A DNA stretch of 64,000 nucleotides from Saprospiraceae bacterium (GTDB lineage Bacteria; Bacteroidota; Bacteroidia; Chitinophagales; Saprospiraceae), in assembly GCA_965222005.1 (NCBI GenBank), contig OZ244935.1:5458639-5522638 (forward strand), read 5' to 3'. This document shows positions 29,251-41,000 of the stretch, in pieces. The position numbers and the translations under genes are program-made. How positions within the stretch are numbered: position 1 is the first letter of the stretch; each line of letters begins with the position of its first letter. The notes beneath the pieces are model-generated. The model was not told the origin of the DNA, did no database searches, and saw nothing but the letters and a program-made list of their open reading frames with translations.

Positions 29251-29437
29251 AGGACAAAACGTTTAATAATATTTACAAAAAAAGGCGCTTTTCAGCCTTT
29301 TATCCGAAAATGCACGCAAAGATAGTGATTTTCTAATTGAAATGCCGCACAATTAGCGGGATAATTAGTGGCCTGATCCTCACTTCACAAAGATCGTGTC
29401 CATTCAGGAGCCAAACCTCCTGCGCTTGTTCGGCTAC

Positions 29438-30391
29438 TTAGCCCTCCACAAAGAGTGCCGAAATCGACCGATGCTCATGGGTATTGCGAATAGCACGGGC
29501 AAAAAGCTTGGCAGTGGAAAGCACCTTGATCTTTGTCGAAGCCTGCTTTAGCGGGATCGTATCACAAACAATCACCTCTTCCAGCTGTGAATTTTCAATG
29601 TTTTCGTAGGCCTTTCCCGACAGCACCGGGTGGGTACAAAAGGCTCGCACCCTCCCAGCTCCGTTCTCTTTGATAAGTGCTGCTGCCCTCCGGAGCGTAC
29701 CGGCTGTATCGATCAGGTCATCCACCAATATCACATCAGCTCCTTCTACATCTCCAATCAACGTCATACCCGCCACCTCATTGGCACGCTTGCGGTATTT
29801 ATCACAGATCACCAGGGGCCGCTCGAAATATTTGGCGTAGGTACGGGCAGTCTTTACGCCTCCTACATCCGGAGAGGCAAAGGTGACATTGCTCAAATCC
29901 TGCCGTTTGAGATAGGGTATAAAGATAGCTTCGCTGCGCAGGTGATCCACAGGAATATCGAAAAAACCCTGAATTTGATCGGCATGAAAGTCCATCGTCA
30001 TGATCCGGTTGGCTCCGGCCGCTTCGATCAGATTTGCAATGAGCTTGGCACTGATGGGAACGCGCGACTTATCCTTCCGATCCTGCCGGGCATAGCCAAA
30101 ATAAGGAATCACGGCAGTGATGTAGCCAGCGGAGGCCCGCTTGGCCGTATCAATCAGCAAAAGGAGCTCCAGCAAATTGTCAGCCGGCGCAAAGGTGGAT
30201 TGGATAAAGAAGATATACGACCCGCGAACCGATTCATTGATCACCGGCTGCATCTCACCATCACTGAAGCGATGCAATTCCATGTTGCCTAAGGAATAGC
30301 CGTAATAATCAGCAATTTTTTCGGCTAGGTATTCAGAATTGGTGCCGGAAAAGAGTTTGACATCCATAAAAACTATAGGGTTTGGGGGCAA
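29438..30391 (-). CDS. prs: Ribose-phosphate pyrophosphokinase (PRPP synthetase)
   Basis: PRPP-binding loop (VDDLIDTAGTL), divalent-cation site and N-terminal domain. 317 aa, directly upstream of rplY on the same strand. Confidence 0.95.
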   Translation of the reverse strand: MPPNPIVFMDVKLFSGTNSEYLAEKIADYYGYSLGNMELHRFSDGEMQPVINESVRGSYIFFIQSTFAPADNLLELLLLIDTAKRASAGYITAVIPYFGYARQDRKDKSRVPISAKLIANLIEAAGANRIMTMDFHADQIQGFFDIPVDHLRSEAIFIPYLKRQDLSNVTFASPDVGGVKTARTYAKYFERPLVICDKYRKRANEVAGMTLIGDVEGADVILVDDLIDTAGTLRRAAALIKENGAGRVRAFCTHPVLSGKAYENIENSQLEEVIVCDTIPLKQASTKIKVLSTAKLFARAIRNTHEHRSISALFVEG

Positions 30392-30604
30392 AGCAATGCT
30401 AACTGGGGCAAAGGTAAAAAGATTTGGTCAATGATTTACAAACCTTCTTTTGCCGAAAATTCTGTCGGCTTGGTCGATACTTTAAGAAAGGTTGATATAT
30501 TTATATGTACATTAGAGGTAGCACAGCAACTATTAACCGCAGGATACTGTATTTTCCGGCCTTTTTGTCAAAAATGCAGCTTGGTAAAAATTTCATAGCA
30601 TCTG

Positions 30605-31219
30605 ATGACAGTATTAGTTTTAGGAGATTGGTGGAGTGAACTCAGTGGAGCACAACAGATATTTTGGGGAATCTCTATCGTATTCAGTGTGCTCTTTCTG
30701 ATACAGTTCGTGCTAAGTCTGATCGGCCTGGATTTCGACGGCGATGCGGATATCGATGTACATGCCGAAGCAGACACGGGCTACCACCTCGATCCCGATT
30801 TTACACTCCTTTCGGTAAGAAGCATTATCGCTTTTTTTACTTTTTTTGGCTGGACGGGCGTTTTGGTGCTCAACAGAGGCGGAAGCACTTTAGCTGCACT
30901 GGGGTTTGCCAGCCTCGCCGGATTTGCAGCTATGTCCATTGTTGGATATATGCTATATGTGTTCTCAAAACTTACTCAGGAAGGCAATCTCGATCTCAAT
31001 GAAGCGGTGCTGCAAACGGGCGAAGTGTACCTCAGAATTCCCGCCAACCGAAACGGATTGGGCAAGGTACATATCAACGTTAAAGGCTCGCTGCGGGAGA
31101 TGGATGCCGTCACGGAAGGGGAAGCACTGGCCACCGGCTCCAGAATTCGCATCATCAAATTGCTCGACAAAAACGTGATGCTCGTAGAGCCGGTAAGGGA
31201 ATTCCTGGAGGAGTCGTAA
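30605..31219 (+). CDS. NfeD-like membrane protein (short form, YuaF-type)
   Basis: N-terminal TM helices plus a C-terminal OB-fold-like region. Immediately precedes a flotillin gene, which is the conserved NfeD-flotillin operon arrangement. Confidence 0.6.
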   Translation: MTVLVLGDWWSELSGAQQIFWGISIVFSVLFLIQFVLSLIGLDFDGDADIDVHAEADTGYHLDPDFTLLSVRSIIAFFTFFGWTGVLVLNRGGSTLAALGFASLAGFAAMSIVGYMLYVFSKLTQEGNLDLNEAVLQTGEVYLRIPANRNGLGKVHINVKGSLREMDAVTEGEALATGSRIRIIKLLDKNVMLVEPVREFLEES

Positions 31220-31282
31220 ACAACATTATCCGCTCAGTATCAAGCGTTTATTTCTTATTCAAAAATGTAATATCAACACATC

Positions 31283-32719
31283 ATGGGAGAAGCATTCATC
31301 ATTTTCGCAGGACTCGCAGGCTTAGTCGTATTGATGGGCCTTTGGGCTATTTCACGCTACAAAAGGTGCCCCTCCGATAAAATCCTCGTCATTTATGGCC
31401 GCACCGGACAGGGCTCTGCACGTACTTTGGCCGGCGGAGCTGCCTTCGTTTGGCCCGTCATCCAGGATTACGAATACCTCGACCTCACCCCCATCTCCAT
31501 TGATGTGGATCTGCGGGGCGCATTGAGTAAACAAAACATTCGCGTCAACGTCCCTTCTCGCTTTACCGTTGGCGTATCCAACGAGGAAGGCGTCATGATC
31601 AACGCCGCCGAACGACTGTTGGGCAAATCCAATGACGAAATTCGCGATATTTCCAAAGACATCATCTTCGGCCAGTTGCGTCTCGTAGTAGCTACTATGG
31701 ATATTGAAGAGATCAATAGCGACCGTGACAAGTTCCTCTCCAATGTCTCCACCAATGTAGGCGCCGAATTGCGAAAAATTGGTCTGCAACTCATCAACGT
31801 CAATGTCACCGACATTCAGGACGAATCCGGCTATATCGAAGCACTGGGTAAGGAAGCAGCCGCCAAAGCCATCAACGATGCTAAGATGAGTGTAGCGGAG
31901 AAGAATCGCGATGGCTCCATCGGCGAAGCCAATGCCAACAAAGATATGCGCATCCAGGTGTCGGCGGCAAATGCACAAGCTATGATCGGCGAGGCCAATG
32001 CCAATGCTACTTCTGTGGACGGAGAGAATACGGCTAAAATAAAGGTAGCTCAATCCAATGCCGAACGAAAGGTAAAAGAAGCAGAAGCCCAGCGCATCGC
32101 TACTGCCTCCGAAAAAATACAGGCTGCCAAAGCCCTTGAAGAAGCCTATCAGGCAGAAAAAGAAGCGGAAGAAGCCCGTGCCAAACGGGAGATGGCCACC
32201 AAAGAGGCCGATGTGATCGTACAGGCTGAAATCGCCAAACGCAAGCGGGAAATCGACGCAGAGGCCGAAGCAGAGCAAATCCGCCGCCTGGCCAGAGGAG
32301 AGGCCGATGCCATCTTTGTTAAAAAAGCTGCCGAAGCAAAGGGACTTTACGAAATTTTGCAAAAGCAAGCCGATGGTTTTGATCAGATCGTCAAGGCCAC
32401 AGGCGGCAATACCCGCGATGCCGTGCTCATGCTTATCGCCGACAAGCTCGAAGAACTGGTGAAAACACAGGTCGATGCCATTAAAAATATCAAGATCGAC
32501 AAAGTCACCGTTTGGGAGAATGGCAACCAGGAAGGGGAAGGCAATTCCACCTCAAAATTTGTCTCCGGCCTCTACAAATCGGTACCACCGCTGAGTGACC
32601 TGTTCAATATGGCCGGTATGAACCTGCCACAATACCTGGGTGCCAAAGAGGCTGAAATGCAGGCAAATGGCCAGAATGAAGTCGAAACTCAACTCCCCGA
32701 AGCCGAAGAGCAAGAATAG
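31283..32719 (+). CDS. Flotillin-like SPFH/band-7 protein (FloT/YuaG-like)
   Basis: N-terminal membrane anchor, SPFH domain, long Ala/Glu-rich coiled-coil region (EAEA repeats) and C-terminal flotillin domain. 478 aa. Confidence 0.85.
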   Translation: MGEAFIIFAGLAGLVVLMGLWAISRYKRCPSDKILVIYGRTGQGSARTLAGGAAFVWPVIQDYEYLDLTPISIDVDLRGALSKQNIRVNVPSRFTVGVSNEEGVMINAAERLLGKSNDEIRDISKDIIFGQLRLVVATMDIEEINSDRDKFLSNVSTNVGAELRKIGLQLINVNVTDIQDESGYIEALGKEAAAKAINDAKMSVAEKNRDGSIGEANANKDMRIQVSAANAQAMIGEANANATSVDGENTAKIKVAQSNAERKVKEAEAQRIATASEKIQAAKALEEAYQAEKEAEEARAKREMATKEADVIVQAEIAKRKREIDAEAEAEQIRRLARGEADAIFVKKAAEAKGLYEILQKQADGFDQIVKATGGNTRDAVLMLIADKLEELVKTQVDAIKNIKIDKVTVWENGNQEGEGNSTSKFVSGLYKSVPPLSDLFNMAGMNLPQYLGAKEAEMQANGQNEVETQLPEAEEQE

Positions 32720-32766
32720 ATTTGGATGCGAAATTCAGTCATTACACCGACACAGTCAATCTCTTT

Positions 32767-34185
32767 TTACTCCCTGATGAGCAAATGTACCTCGGCCCGA
32801 CGCGCGTGAGCGGGATCAGTGGAGACGGTATCAATGCCCAGGGGTTGGAGGATGATGCGATCGGCTTGTACGCCCATGCCCAGCAATTCGCGTTTCACAG
32901 TCTCTGCCCTTTCTTTTGATAAGCGTTGATTAACGGCCAGGCTGCCCACATTGCTGGCATATCCCTTGATCGTGATTTCCAGTCGCTCATAGGTAGAGAG
33001 CCAGTCGGCTATCTGCCGCAGTTTTTGCAGCTCCTGGCTGGTGAGACTCGAAGCTCCGTTGCGAAAGTACACATTCTGCTGCTGGTAGCGGGTCACAAAT
33101 GTACGGATGTCTTCTTTGGGTGGCTGTGGTGTTGGCTCAGTTGGAGGCGCCGGGGCATTGATAATTAGCGGCTGCGAGCTGGCATGGCTATGAGCTTTTA
33201 GGCTGGCTTCCAATGCTGCAATTTTTGCTTCCACCGATTTTAGCTGCCCGCCGTGGTCAATGACTTTGGCAGGCTCGGTAGGTGGTTGCGACTGGAGTGC
33301 CTGGAGTTTTACTTCGAGCTCGGCCAGTTTCCGATCATACACACTGAGCTGTGAAAGGTCAGCTGCCGTGTTGACAATTATGGCCGTGTCGGAGCCTGCG
33401 GCTTGCTGGGATAGCAGCAGAGCCAGGCGTTCGTTGCTGTTTTCCAATGTCTTGATCTGCCTGTGCAGAGCGGCTACTTCGGCTGCTCTGTCAGCAGATA
33501 GGCGAGTGTCTTTTGCTTTTTCTGCTTCTTCAAATCTCTCGAGCTTTCTTTTCAAATTGCTCAATTCGGCATGCAATTGAATATTTTCACGGCTTTGCCT
33601 GTCCTGCTCACGATTCAAGCTGTTTATCCGGTTCTCGAGCTGCCTATCGGCATGGCGTTGCTCCTCCCGATATCGGCTGTTGTACTCTTCACGGCCTTCT
33701 GCTCTTTTTTGATCGATTAAATCGGTCATCCTCCGTTCTTCTTTGATTCTTTTGGTGGCTTCCCTTTCGGCTTGAAGTTGTGATTGCAAGCTTTTCATCT
33801 CAGCCTCCATGCTTTCTTTGATGGTGACCAATTGACTATTTAATACAGTATCCCTGGCGTATTGGGAAGTCAGCTTTTGCTGTTCCGAAATGCGCTCATA
33901 GCTGCGCTCCAGTTCTTTAAGTTTGGCAAGCGTTGATGCATCCGGCTGTGGGCCGGGCAGGGCAGCATTGGCCTGGGCGCGGGGCGGCGGGTAATACGCA
34001 CGCCTTCTGGCCAGCTTCTTTTTGCGGGCTTTCACAAGGGTTCCAATCAGCGCCTGGTATTCCGCCGGCGACATCTGTACTACACTACCATTGCGATTGT
34101 AAACTTCAGGTTGTGCTATCAGGCCGTCCAGATTTATCAGTAGGCCAAAGCACAAGCACAGGTAGATTAGAGCATTTTTCATCAA
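32767..34185 (-). CDS. OmpA-family protein with long N-terminal coiled-coil region
   Basis: Signal peptide. Roughly 250 aa of coiled-coil heptads. C-terminal OmpA peptidoglycan-binding domain (…ITIKGYASNVGSLAVNQRLSKERAETVKREL…). Confidence 0.7.
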   Translation of the reverse strand: MMKNALIYLCLCFGLLINLDGLIAQPEVYNRNGSVVQMSPAEYQALIGTLVKARKKKLARRRAYYPPPRAQANAALPGPQPDASTLAKLKELERSYERISEQQKLTSQYARDTVLNSQLVTIKESMEAEMKSLQSQLQAEREATKRIKEERRMTDLIDQKRAEGREEYNSRYREEQRHADRQLENRINSLNREQDRQSRENIQLHAELSNLKRKLERFEEAEKAKDTRLSADRAAEVAALHRQIKTLENSNERLALLLSQQAAGSDTAIIVNTAADLSQLSVYDRKLAELEVKLQALQSQPPTEPAKVIDHGGQLKSVEAKIAALEASLKAHSHASSQPLIINAPAPPTEPTPQPPKEDIRTFVTRYQQQNVYFRNGASSLTSQELQKLRQIADWLSTYERLEITIKGYASNVGSLAVNQRLSKERAETVKRELLGMGVQADRIILQPLGIDTVSTDPAHARRAEVHLLIRE

Positions 34186-34281
34186 AAGTCAGGTTTTAAT
34201 CGGTCTTTTATATAGGTTGAAAAATTGGATTGTTGGCTTCGCTACATACCAGATGTAGCGCGAAGCCAACAACCAGCCAAA

Positions 34282-36264
34282 CTATGAACCACCATCTTTC
34301 TTTTTGTTTTTCCCTTTGAAGAGCCTCCAGCGTTTCACCTCTCCCTGCGCCTCTTCGGCGCTACTGTTTTCCAGCTTGCCGAGCCTCTGGTTCATTCGCT
34401 TCATCTCTTCATTTTGGCGATCCAGTTTTCTTTCCAGCTCGATGAGCATTATTTTTAGTTCGTCATTTCCGGTAGCTACAGTGTCTGTGTTTTCGATCAT
34501 TTTGGTTTCCACGATTAGTTCTTTCTCTCCTTCTTCTGCTACACTTTTTTCAAGCGCTTCCAAACGGGCAACCAAGGAGGGATCGTAGGCGGCAGGAGGA
34601 TATCCGGGATAAACGGCAGCGGGTTCTTGCTGGTAGTAAAAGTTATCAGTACCTTCAAAAATCTCCTCAATCAGGTTTTGAAATTCGGCAGGCGTCATTC
34701 TGATCTCACTGCCTGATGGCACTACCGAAATGCCGGGACTGGCTTGAGTGGGCGGAGCTTGCTTTTCAAGTGTTGGCTCCACTACCAGCACATCCGCTCC
34801 GGCCGGGGGTGCTTCCCGGTTTTCCAATTCCTGTACTACCTGTTTTACCTCTTCTTTTTCCTTTTTGATCACGGCTGCCTTTTCCAGGTCATTCTCCTCG
34901 TAAGCTTTGATGAGTTCCTGCTCCAGGTTGACGATTCGCTGCTCGTACTGCTGCTTCAAGGCCTCAGCACGAGCGTCGTTTTTAGCCTTCTGAGCAGCCA
35001 ATTGGTCGGCTATCTGCTGGTTGACGATCTCTTCCGGCGAGCGGTTCTTTTTGCCAAAGTTGAGTTTTATACCAGCACTGTAAAACCACGAGCTATTTAC
35101 CTCTTCGGGTGCATAAAGGTCATCCAAGGGCGGCGTTGAGGTCAGCAATACCCGTGCGCTGCCAAATATTTTGAAGTTTTTGGTGAGGGGAACCAACAGA
35201 CCGGCACCACCCATTGCAAAGGGCGTATCGAAATCATTGAGATTAAAATTGGTAGTAGTATCAGTATTGACTGAGGCTTTGGGTTGGTAGCCCGACTGAA
35301 CATCCAGCTTGCCGCCACCCAGCATAATGAAGGGGACGATACCCCCCGAGGTGTTGAGGCGCATTCTCATCTCACCTCCCCACAGGGAGAGCTCATCAAA
35401 TTTGGTCCAGCTTTCTTTTTCCATACCCTTCCAGTAAAATCCGCGTATGCCGATGTATGGGCCAAGGTCAAAACCGGCACTTGCCCCCAACACTCTCGTA
35501 TCGCGAAATATCAGATCATTGTCAAAATTGATTTGGCCGACCACTGCCTCCAGCCCGAGATTGAGCCCACCCGATGAGCCGGTAAAGGATTTAAAATAAG
35601 CTTTATCCAGCTCCGACATTTTGCCCGGGCTGCGGCCGCCGAGGTACAATTGTATTGCTGCACCTATTGACCAGTTGTTTAATTCCTCCTTCATAAAATC
35701 TACATTGCTCACACCCAGATCGGCTTTATCCTGATCAGTGAGTAGATGGATACCTGCCCCATAGCGATAGGCCGTATTGCGGGCTTCGAGAATGAGCGTA
35801 AGGCGATCGGCCAGCCCAACGGTTATGCCTGCTCCGGCGGTGAGATAAATCTGCTGGCTTTCGGGAGCATCCTTCAAGGCAATGCTTTGCACCCCCGTAC
35901 CCAGCAACAGGAAAGGCAAGAGCCTGCCTCTGCTGATATTGGCCTTTATTTCACCGCCCCAACGGGTCAGTTCCACTTCCTGTTGGTTGTAAAATTTGGG
36001 ATCGAAACCGCGAAGGCCAAAATCTGTGAAGTCGGTCTTCAAATTTAAGCCCTGAAGATAGGAGCCGCGCAGTTCGAAAAACTCGCCAAATCCAAAACCC
36101 AATTTTCCACCAACTAGCAAGCCGTTTTCCAGCCCGGCTTGGTCATGCCACCAAACATGCTCGCCGGAAGGAGCGAAGGTATAACTGAGGCCGGCTACCT
36201 GGCTAAAGCTGAGCCTGCTAATCAACAAAGCTAAAAGCAGTAGTAAAAATCGATTTTTTCGCAT
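34282..36264 (-). CDS. Hypothetical outer-membrane protein (N-terminal beta-barrel-like domain, C-terminal coiled coil, Lys-rich tail)
   Basis: Signal peptide MRKNRFLLLLLALLISRLSFSQ. The N-terminal roughly 400 aa are rich in alternating Gly/aromatic strands. C-terminal coiled coil and a KGKNKKKDGGS tail. Confidence 0.5.
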   Translation of the reverse strand: MRKNRFLLLLLALLISRLSFSQVAGLSYTFAPSGEHVWWHDQAGLENGLLVGGKLGFGFGEFFELRGSYLQGLNLKTDFTDFGLRGFDPKFYNQQEVELTRWGGEIKANISRGRLLPFLLLGTGVQSIALKDAPESQQIYLTAGAGITVGLADRLTLILEARNTAYRYGAGIHLLTDQDKADLGVSNVDFMKEELNNWSIGAAIQLYLGGRSPGKMSELDKAYFKSFTGSSGGLNLGLEAVVGQINFDNDLIFRDTRVLGASAGFDLGPYIGIRGFYWKGMEKESWTKFDELSLWGGEMRMRLNTSGGIVPFIMLGGGKLDVQSGYQPKASVNTDTTTNFNLNDFDTPFAMGGAGLLVPLTKNFKIFGSARVLLTSTPPLDDLYAPEEVNSSWFYSAGIKLNFGKKNRSPEEIVNQQIADQLAAQKAKNDARAEALKQQYEQRIVNLEQELIKAYEENDLEKAAVIKKEKEEVKQVVQELENREAPPAGADVLVVEPTLEKQAPPTQASPGISVVPSGSEIRMTPAEFQNLIEEIFEGTDNFYYQQEPAAVYPGYPPAAYDPSLVARLEALEKSVAEEGEKELIVETKMIENTDTVATGNDELKIMLIELERKLDRQNEEMKRMNQRLGKLENSSAEEAQGEVKRWRLFKGKNKKKDGGS

Positions 36265-36314
36265 GGTAAATGGTTTGAGTTTTTGTGTAAATTTTGTTAT
36301 AGGTCTTGTTTCCG

Positions 36315-37806
36315 TCTATCTTAACTTGACTTTACTATTTTTTCAAAACTCAAGCAACGGCTTGAGTGAGTATGTACCACAAGTACCTGATTTTTTCAGA
36401 ATAACTTTGGACAATGGTATTTGTATTGCTTATTGAAAGTTTGGTTTTACGCAAGATTTCTATTCTGACAGCAGCAAGGACGTCTGAAAAGGTTACATGC
36501 CTTTTTCTATACCAGGCAGTTGCGTTTGGCTCTATTTGCTGGTTGCTGTTTAAGTGTTGAGCAAACAGACAAGTGATCGAGAACAAGGCCATTAGGCTAG
36601 GAGTAGATCGCTCGATAGCCAGATCAGACCATTGGCGTTGAGTCTCCACTCCGAGGTGTCTTCGTACTTCAGCAAAAGTTACTTCGACGCGCCATCGTCT
36701 GACAAAGAATGAGACGACTTTTTTGTCCTCTAATTCAAAGTCGGTGCATCCGAGTAAAACAGGTTCCAATATTCCTTGTGGGTCTTTAACAAGTACCCAT
36801 TTGATTTTTACTAACACAGTATTGGAACTGCGCCAAATAGCGATGCCGGAGGTGATCATCATCTCTTTTTTAGTGTGGCCATACCACTCGGAGAAAACGA
36901 CTTTTGTCCATTTGATGCGCTTGTCCGTCAGACGTTTTTCCATACTAAGCAGTCGCTTGCCGACTGGCGGTTTTGGCCCCCTTTTGTTTTTAGGGTATTG
37001 CTTTGGAGGCAACTCATACAAACGAGCATTAAGTTTCATCCTAGCAATCATACCTATTCCTACTTGTTGGGCATGCATAAACAACTCGAAGGTGGCAAAA
37101 GAGCCATCCCCCGTTAAATATATAGCTCGTCCTAGCTTTGCACTCTGTCGGCTTAACCAACTTAGAACCTGCCTGGCCCAATCAGTCAACTTCTTTGCTG
37201 GCTTGTCCCGATCTGTATAATATCGCTCTGATGGACACAGCACCGTTAACACAGGAAGTGCCCAATAAGCTCCTGCTTCAAGCCATGGCAAATGAGTTAG
37301 CACCATCAAGGAAAGCCAACGCAAACCACTACACTTAACAAAGTGACTTTTGGAAGAGCGAACAGGATCCCGATAAATACCACGCTTGTTAATCTTGTAA
37401 CCCCAACGGCGTTCAATCGTGTCATCTAAACCAACAACGATTGGTCTTCCTTTTGGAATAAAAGCCTTGACTATTAAACTAAGTAATATCTCGCTAATTT
37501 GCTTGGCTGACCACTTGTCCTGACTAAGTACGCGGTGATACTTGGGAAAGTTTTTTTCCCAACGCAAACCAACACTCCGAAGTATGTTGCAAACCGTTCT
37601 ACTGCCTGGACAAATAATAGCTCCTGTTAATAGTAAAACTACTTTTGGCCATACATCTTTGCGAAATACAAATGAAAAATACGATATTGTGTCTTGAAAT
37701 CCTGAAGGTAATTGTAGCATCTTTAGAAGGTTCAGATACTCTAAAGTAACAAAGCTTTCGGGATTTCTTATTTTTCAAAAGTAGTAAAGTCCAGCTTAAT
37801 ACATAT
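36315..37806 (-). mobile_element. IS701/IS4-superfamily insertion sequence (approximate ends)
   Basis: Imperfect terminal inverted repeats of about 30 bp. Left: TCTATCTTAACTTGACTTTACTATTTTTTCAAAA (36315-36349). Right: TTTTCAAAAGTAGTAAAGTCCAGCTTAATACATATC (37771-37806). Confidence 0.6.
36350..37720 (-). CDS. IS701-like DDE transposase
   Basis: 456 aa. DDE triad motifs in IS701/IS4 order: GLDDTIERRWG, LTGDGSFAT, and a C-terminal E in RWRVEVTFAEVRRHLG. Confidence 0.75.
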   Translation of the reverse strand: MLQLPSGFQDTISYFSFVFRKDVWPKVVLLLTGAIICPGSRTVCNILRSVGLRWEKNFPKYHRVLSQDKWSAKQISEILLSLIVKAFIPKGRPIVVGLDDTIERRWGYKINKRGIYRDPVRSSKSHFVKCSGLRWLSLMVLTHLPWLEAGAYWALPVLTVLCPSERYYTDRDKPAKKLTDWARQVLSWLSRQSAKLGRAIYLTGDGSFATFELFMHAQQVGIGMIARMKLNARLYELPPKQYPKNKRGPKPPVGKRLLSMEKRLTDKRIKWTKVVFSEWYGHTKKEMMITSGIAIWRSSNTVLVKIKWVLVKDPQGILEPVLLGCTDFELEDKKVVSFFVRRWRVEVTFAEVRRHLGVETQRQWSDLAIERSTPSLMALFSITCLFAQHLNSNQQIEPNATAWYRKRHVTFSDVLAAVRIEILRKTKLSISNTNTIVQSYSEKIRYLWYILTQAVA

Positions 37807-38083
37807 CTATATATAATATATTAGACCCCTTTTTAAAGACTTGGTCACAGAAATGAAGAAACATAAAAAGAGGTGCGATCTCATCTGGCAGCCTGAGGAA
37901 GGCAAAAAATATTCGAAAAAATGATAACTTTGTATGGCTGCCAGTGTATGAATAGTGTATGAATAGTGTATGAATTCTGCCAACAGCACGCCGAGTATTC
38001 CCCTCTCGCAGCCATTCCTCCCAAAATCTGGTACAAACTTCGTTTGCTAACAACTACTAGCCTCCCCGCTACAACCAAATACT

Positions 38084-41000
38084 ATGCAGAACAACTATAT
38101 TAGTTCGGGTATTTTGCTTACGGTATGTCTGCTTACCTTCAGCACAGCAAAGCTGGTAGCCGACGAAGCTGACTTTATAGCCTTTAGCACCAGTGGCTGC
38201 GCGCCTTTGGCCATTCAGTTTTACGACCAATCCTCCGGCCAGCCTGCCGAATGGCTTTGGAGCTTCCCCGGCGGCACACCCGCTACCTCAATGGAGGAAG
38301 ATCCCGAAATCAGCTACCAAATGCCTGGCTCCTTTGATGTAAGCCTGCGCGTAGTAATAGGTGGCGACACCATGGAAGTCACCAAAACGGATTATATCAC
38401 CATTACCGAAAATACCGCAATTCCAGCCTTTTCCTTTCAAAATAACGCTAGAACGGTCACCTTCACCAATTCATCCCAGTATGCCGAACAATATGTGTGG
38501 GAATTTGGGGATGGCCAATTTAGTACCGATCCCCATCCACAGCATACCTATGCCGAAGATGGCGTGTACATAGTAAAGCTCAAAGTAACCAATAGCTGTG
38601 GTTCTCAAAGCCGGTCGGACGTACTGGTACTGGACTGCTGTGGCCAGCCGGTAAGCTATACGGCCAATGAACAGGTGATCCCCTATCCCGACGGGTTTCG
38701 GCCCGGTGTCAACCTGGGTTACTTTCCACCCTGGAATGATAGCCAATTGGCCGACATTGCTGCCGGCAACCCTGCTCTCGGGGTGCCTGGTGCCGGAGCC
38801 AAAGCCGTGCGGCCGGCCTTGCATGAGGTGTTTTTGGAGCAATGGGGCTACGACATTCGCATTGCCGAATATGAGCATTTTGGTAGCATTGGATTGAAGG
38901 ACAATACCGCCATTGTGGGCTTTCCGGCCGATATTCATCGCGATACGACCCATTATTGCACCGAAGAGCAATCCGAAATGTTTGCCAATTTGTACACCGA
39001 CATCTGGGATAATGGCGAAAACGGCACACCGGTCAATGATGACAATTACCTGGCGCTATACCTTTACAAGGTGGTCAACTTGTACAAGGACCACGTCACG
39101 TTTTGGGAAATCTGGAACGAGCCGGGCTTCGATTACACCTTCATCACGGGTTATTTGCCGCCCGGTGAGGAAAACAACTGGTGGGAAAATGATCCTGATC
39201 CCTGCGATTATAAGCTGCGCGCTCCGATCTACCACTACGTGCGCAGTTTGCGGATTGCCTGGGAAGTGATCAAGTACATCGATCCCGAAGCCTATGTAAC
39301 CCTTGCCAGTGTAGGATATACCAGCTTCCTGGATGCCGTACTGCGCAATACCGACAACCCGGACAGCGGGGCTGTGGTCAGCACCTATCCGCTAGGCGGT
39401 GGTGCCTATTTCGACGCCATCGCCATTCACTCCTATCCACATTTTGACGGTACACTGCGCTATTGGGATGATCAGATCCAGGATTTTGTGTACTCCCGCC
39501 ATTCGGATATGGCAGCCGAGGGGATTGAGTTGACCAAGGATACTTTTCAAAGCATCTTGGGCCAATATGGTTACGATGGCCAGCAATTTCCAAAAAAGGA
39601 GTACATCGTCACCGAAATCAATGTGCCGCGCAAACGCTTTTTGGATTATCTAGGTTCTGATACTGTGCAGGTCAACTTCATCATCAAAGCCTATGTGGAG
39701 GCCGTGATCAATGAAATTCGGCAAATCCATGTATATGACCTGGCTGAGACCTTTTATTACGATGATGCCGTCAACGAATTTCAGCTCATGGGCCTTTACC
39801 AACGCCTCTATGAAACCTGGCCTTACCAAGAGCAGATCAACGATATCGGCATTGCCTACAAAACGGCTTCCGATCTATTTTTTGGTTCAGTCTATGATCC
39901 CGATCGCTCTGCTCTAATGGCCCCTCCGCCTGGCATCCGGGCCGAGGCATTCCTCGATCACAATGGCCATTACACCTATGTCGTTTGGGTAGAAACTACG
40001 GAAGATTTGAATGAAATTGCCAGTGGCAGCTATACCTTTCCGGCTGCGATGGGTATCGGCCAATTGCTGCGCCGCGAATGGAGGCACAGCTACTTTCCCA
40101 ATGATTCCCTCATCGGCAGTACGGGCATCGAGCTGACAGCCACACCAGTTTTTTTCACCGACACGACCAATGTATTTCCCATCGCCCCAAAAGCTGGTTT
40201 TGAGGTAGGTGGCGTTTCGGGTTGTATCCCGCTGACAGTGCAGTTTGAGGATGCCTCTACCACTAATGCAGAGCAGTGGCTATGGACCTTCGAAGGCGGC
40301 ACACCGGCCAGCTCCACCCAAGCCAAGCCCGCGGTGGTGTATGAGCAAGCCGGTACTTACGATGTCAGGCTGGAAGTGAGCAACGCCTCTGGCTCTGATG
40401 TATATGAAGTAAAGGATTTGGTAGTGGTGAACGATACCCTGCCCCATTCGGCATTCGACCTGACGATTAATGAAAATGTGGTGTCCTTCTCCAATTTTTC
40501 CGCCAATGCTTCGAGCTATTTGTGGGATTTTGGCGATACCAATGACGGCACAGAGGCCAATCCTACACATACTTATCCAAGCAATGGTGGCATTTACGAA
40601 ATCCTGCTCATCGCTATCAATGCTTGTGGTACCGACACCAGCAGCCGGAGCATCATTATAAACGGCGATGATATAGCGCCCATCCCTGATTTTACCTCCG
40701 ATGTGCAGCAGGGTTGTGTGCCGCTGACCGTACAATTTCACGACCAGTCCACTGCCAATGCAGTGGATTGGTGGTGGACGTTTGAAGGGGGCGAGCCCGC
40801 CTTTTCGGCCGAGCAAAACCCGACAGTTGTATTTGAAGAAGCTGGCACCTACTTCGTGTCGCTCAAAGCCTTCAATGGCAGTGGGCAAGGAGCTACAGCT
40901 TTCAAGGCTGAATATATCGTGGTGGACAGCTTTGTGTTGCCCACTGCAAATTTTGCTGCCCACGTCAACGATGGCCTGGTCAGTTTTGAGAATAGGTCAG

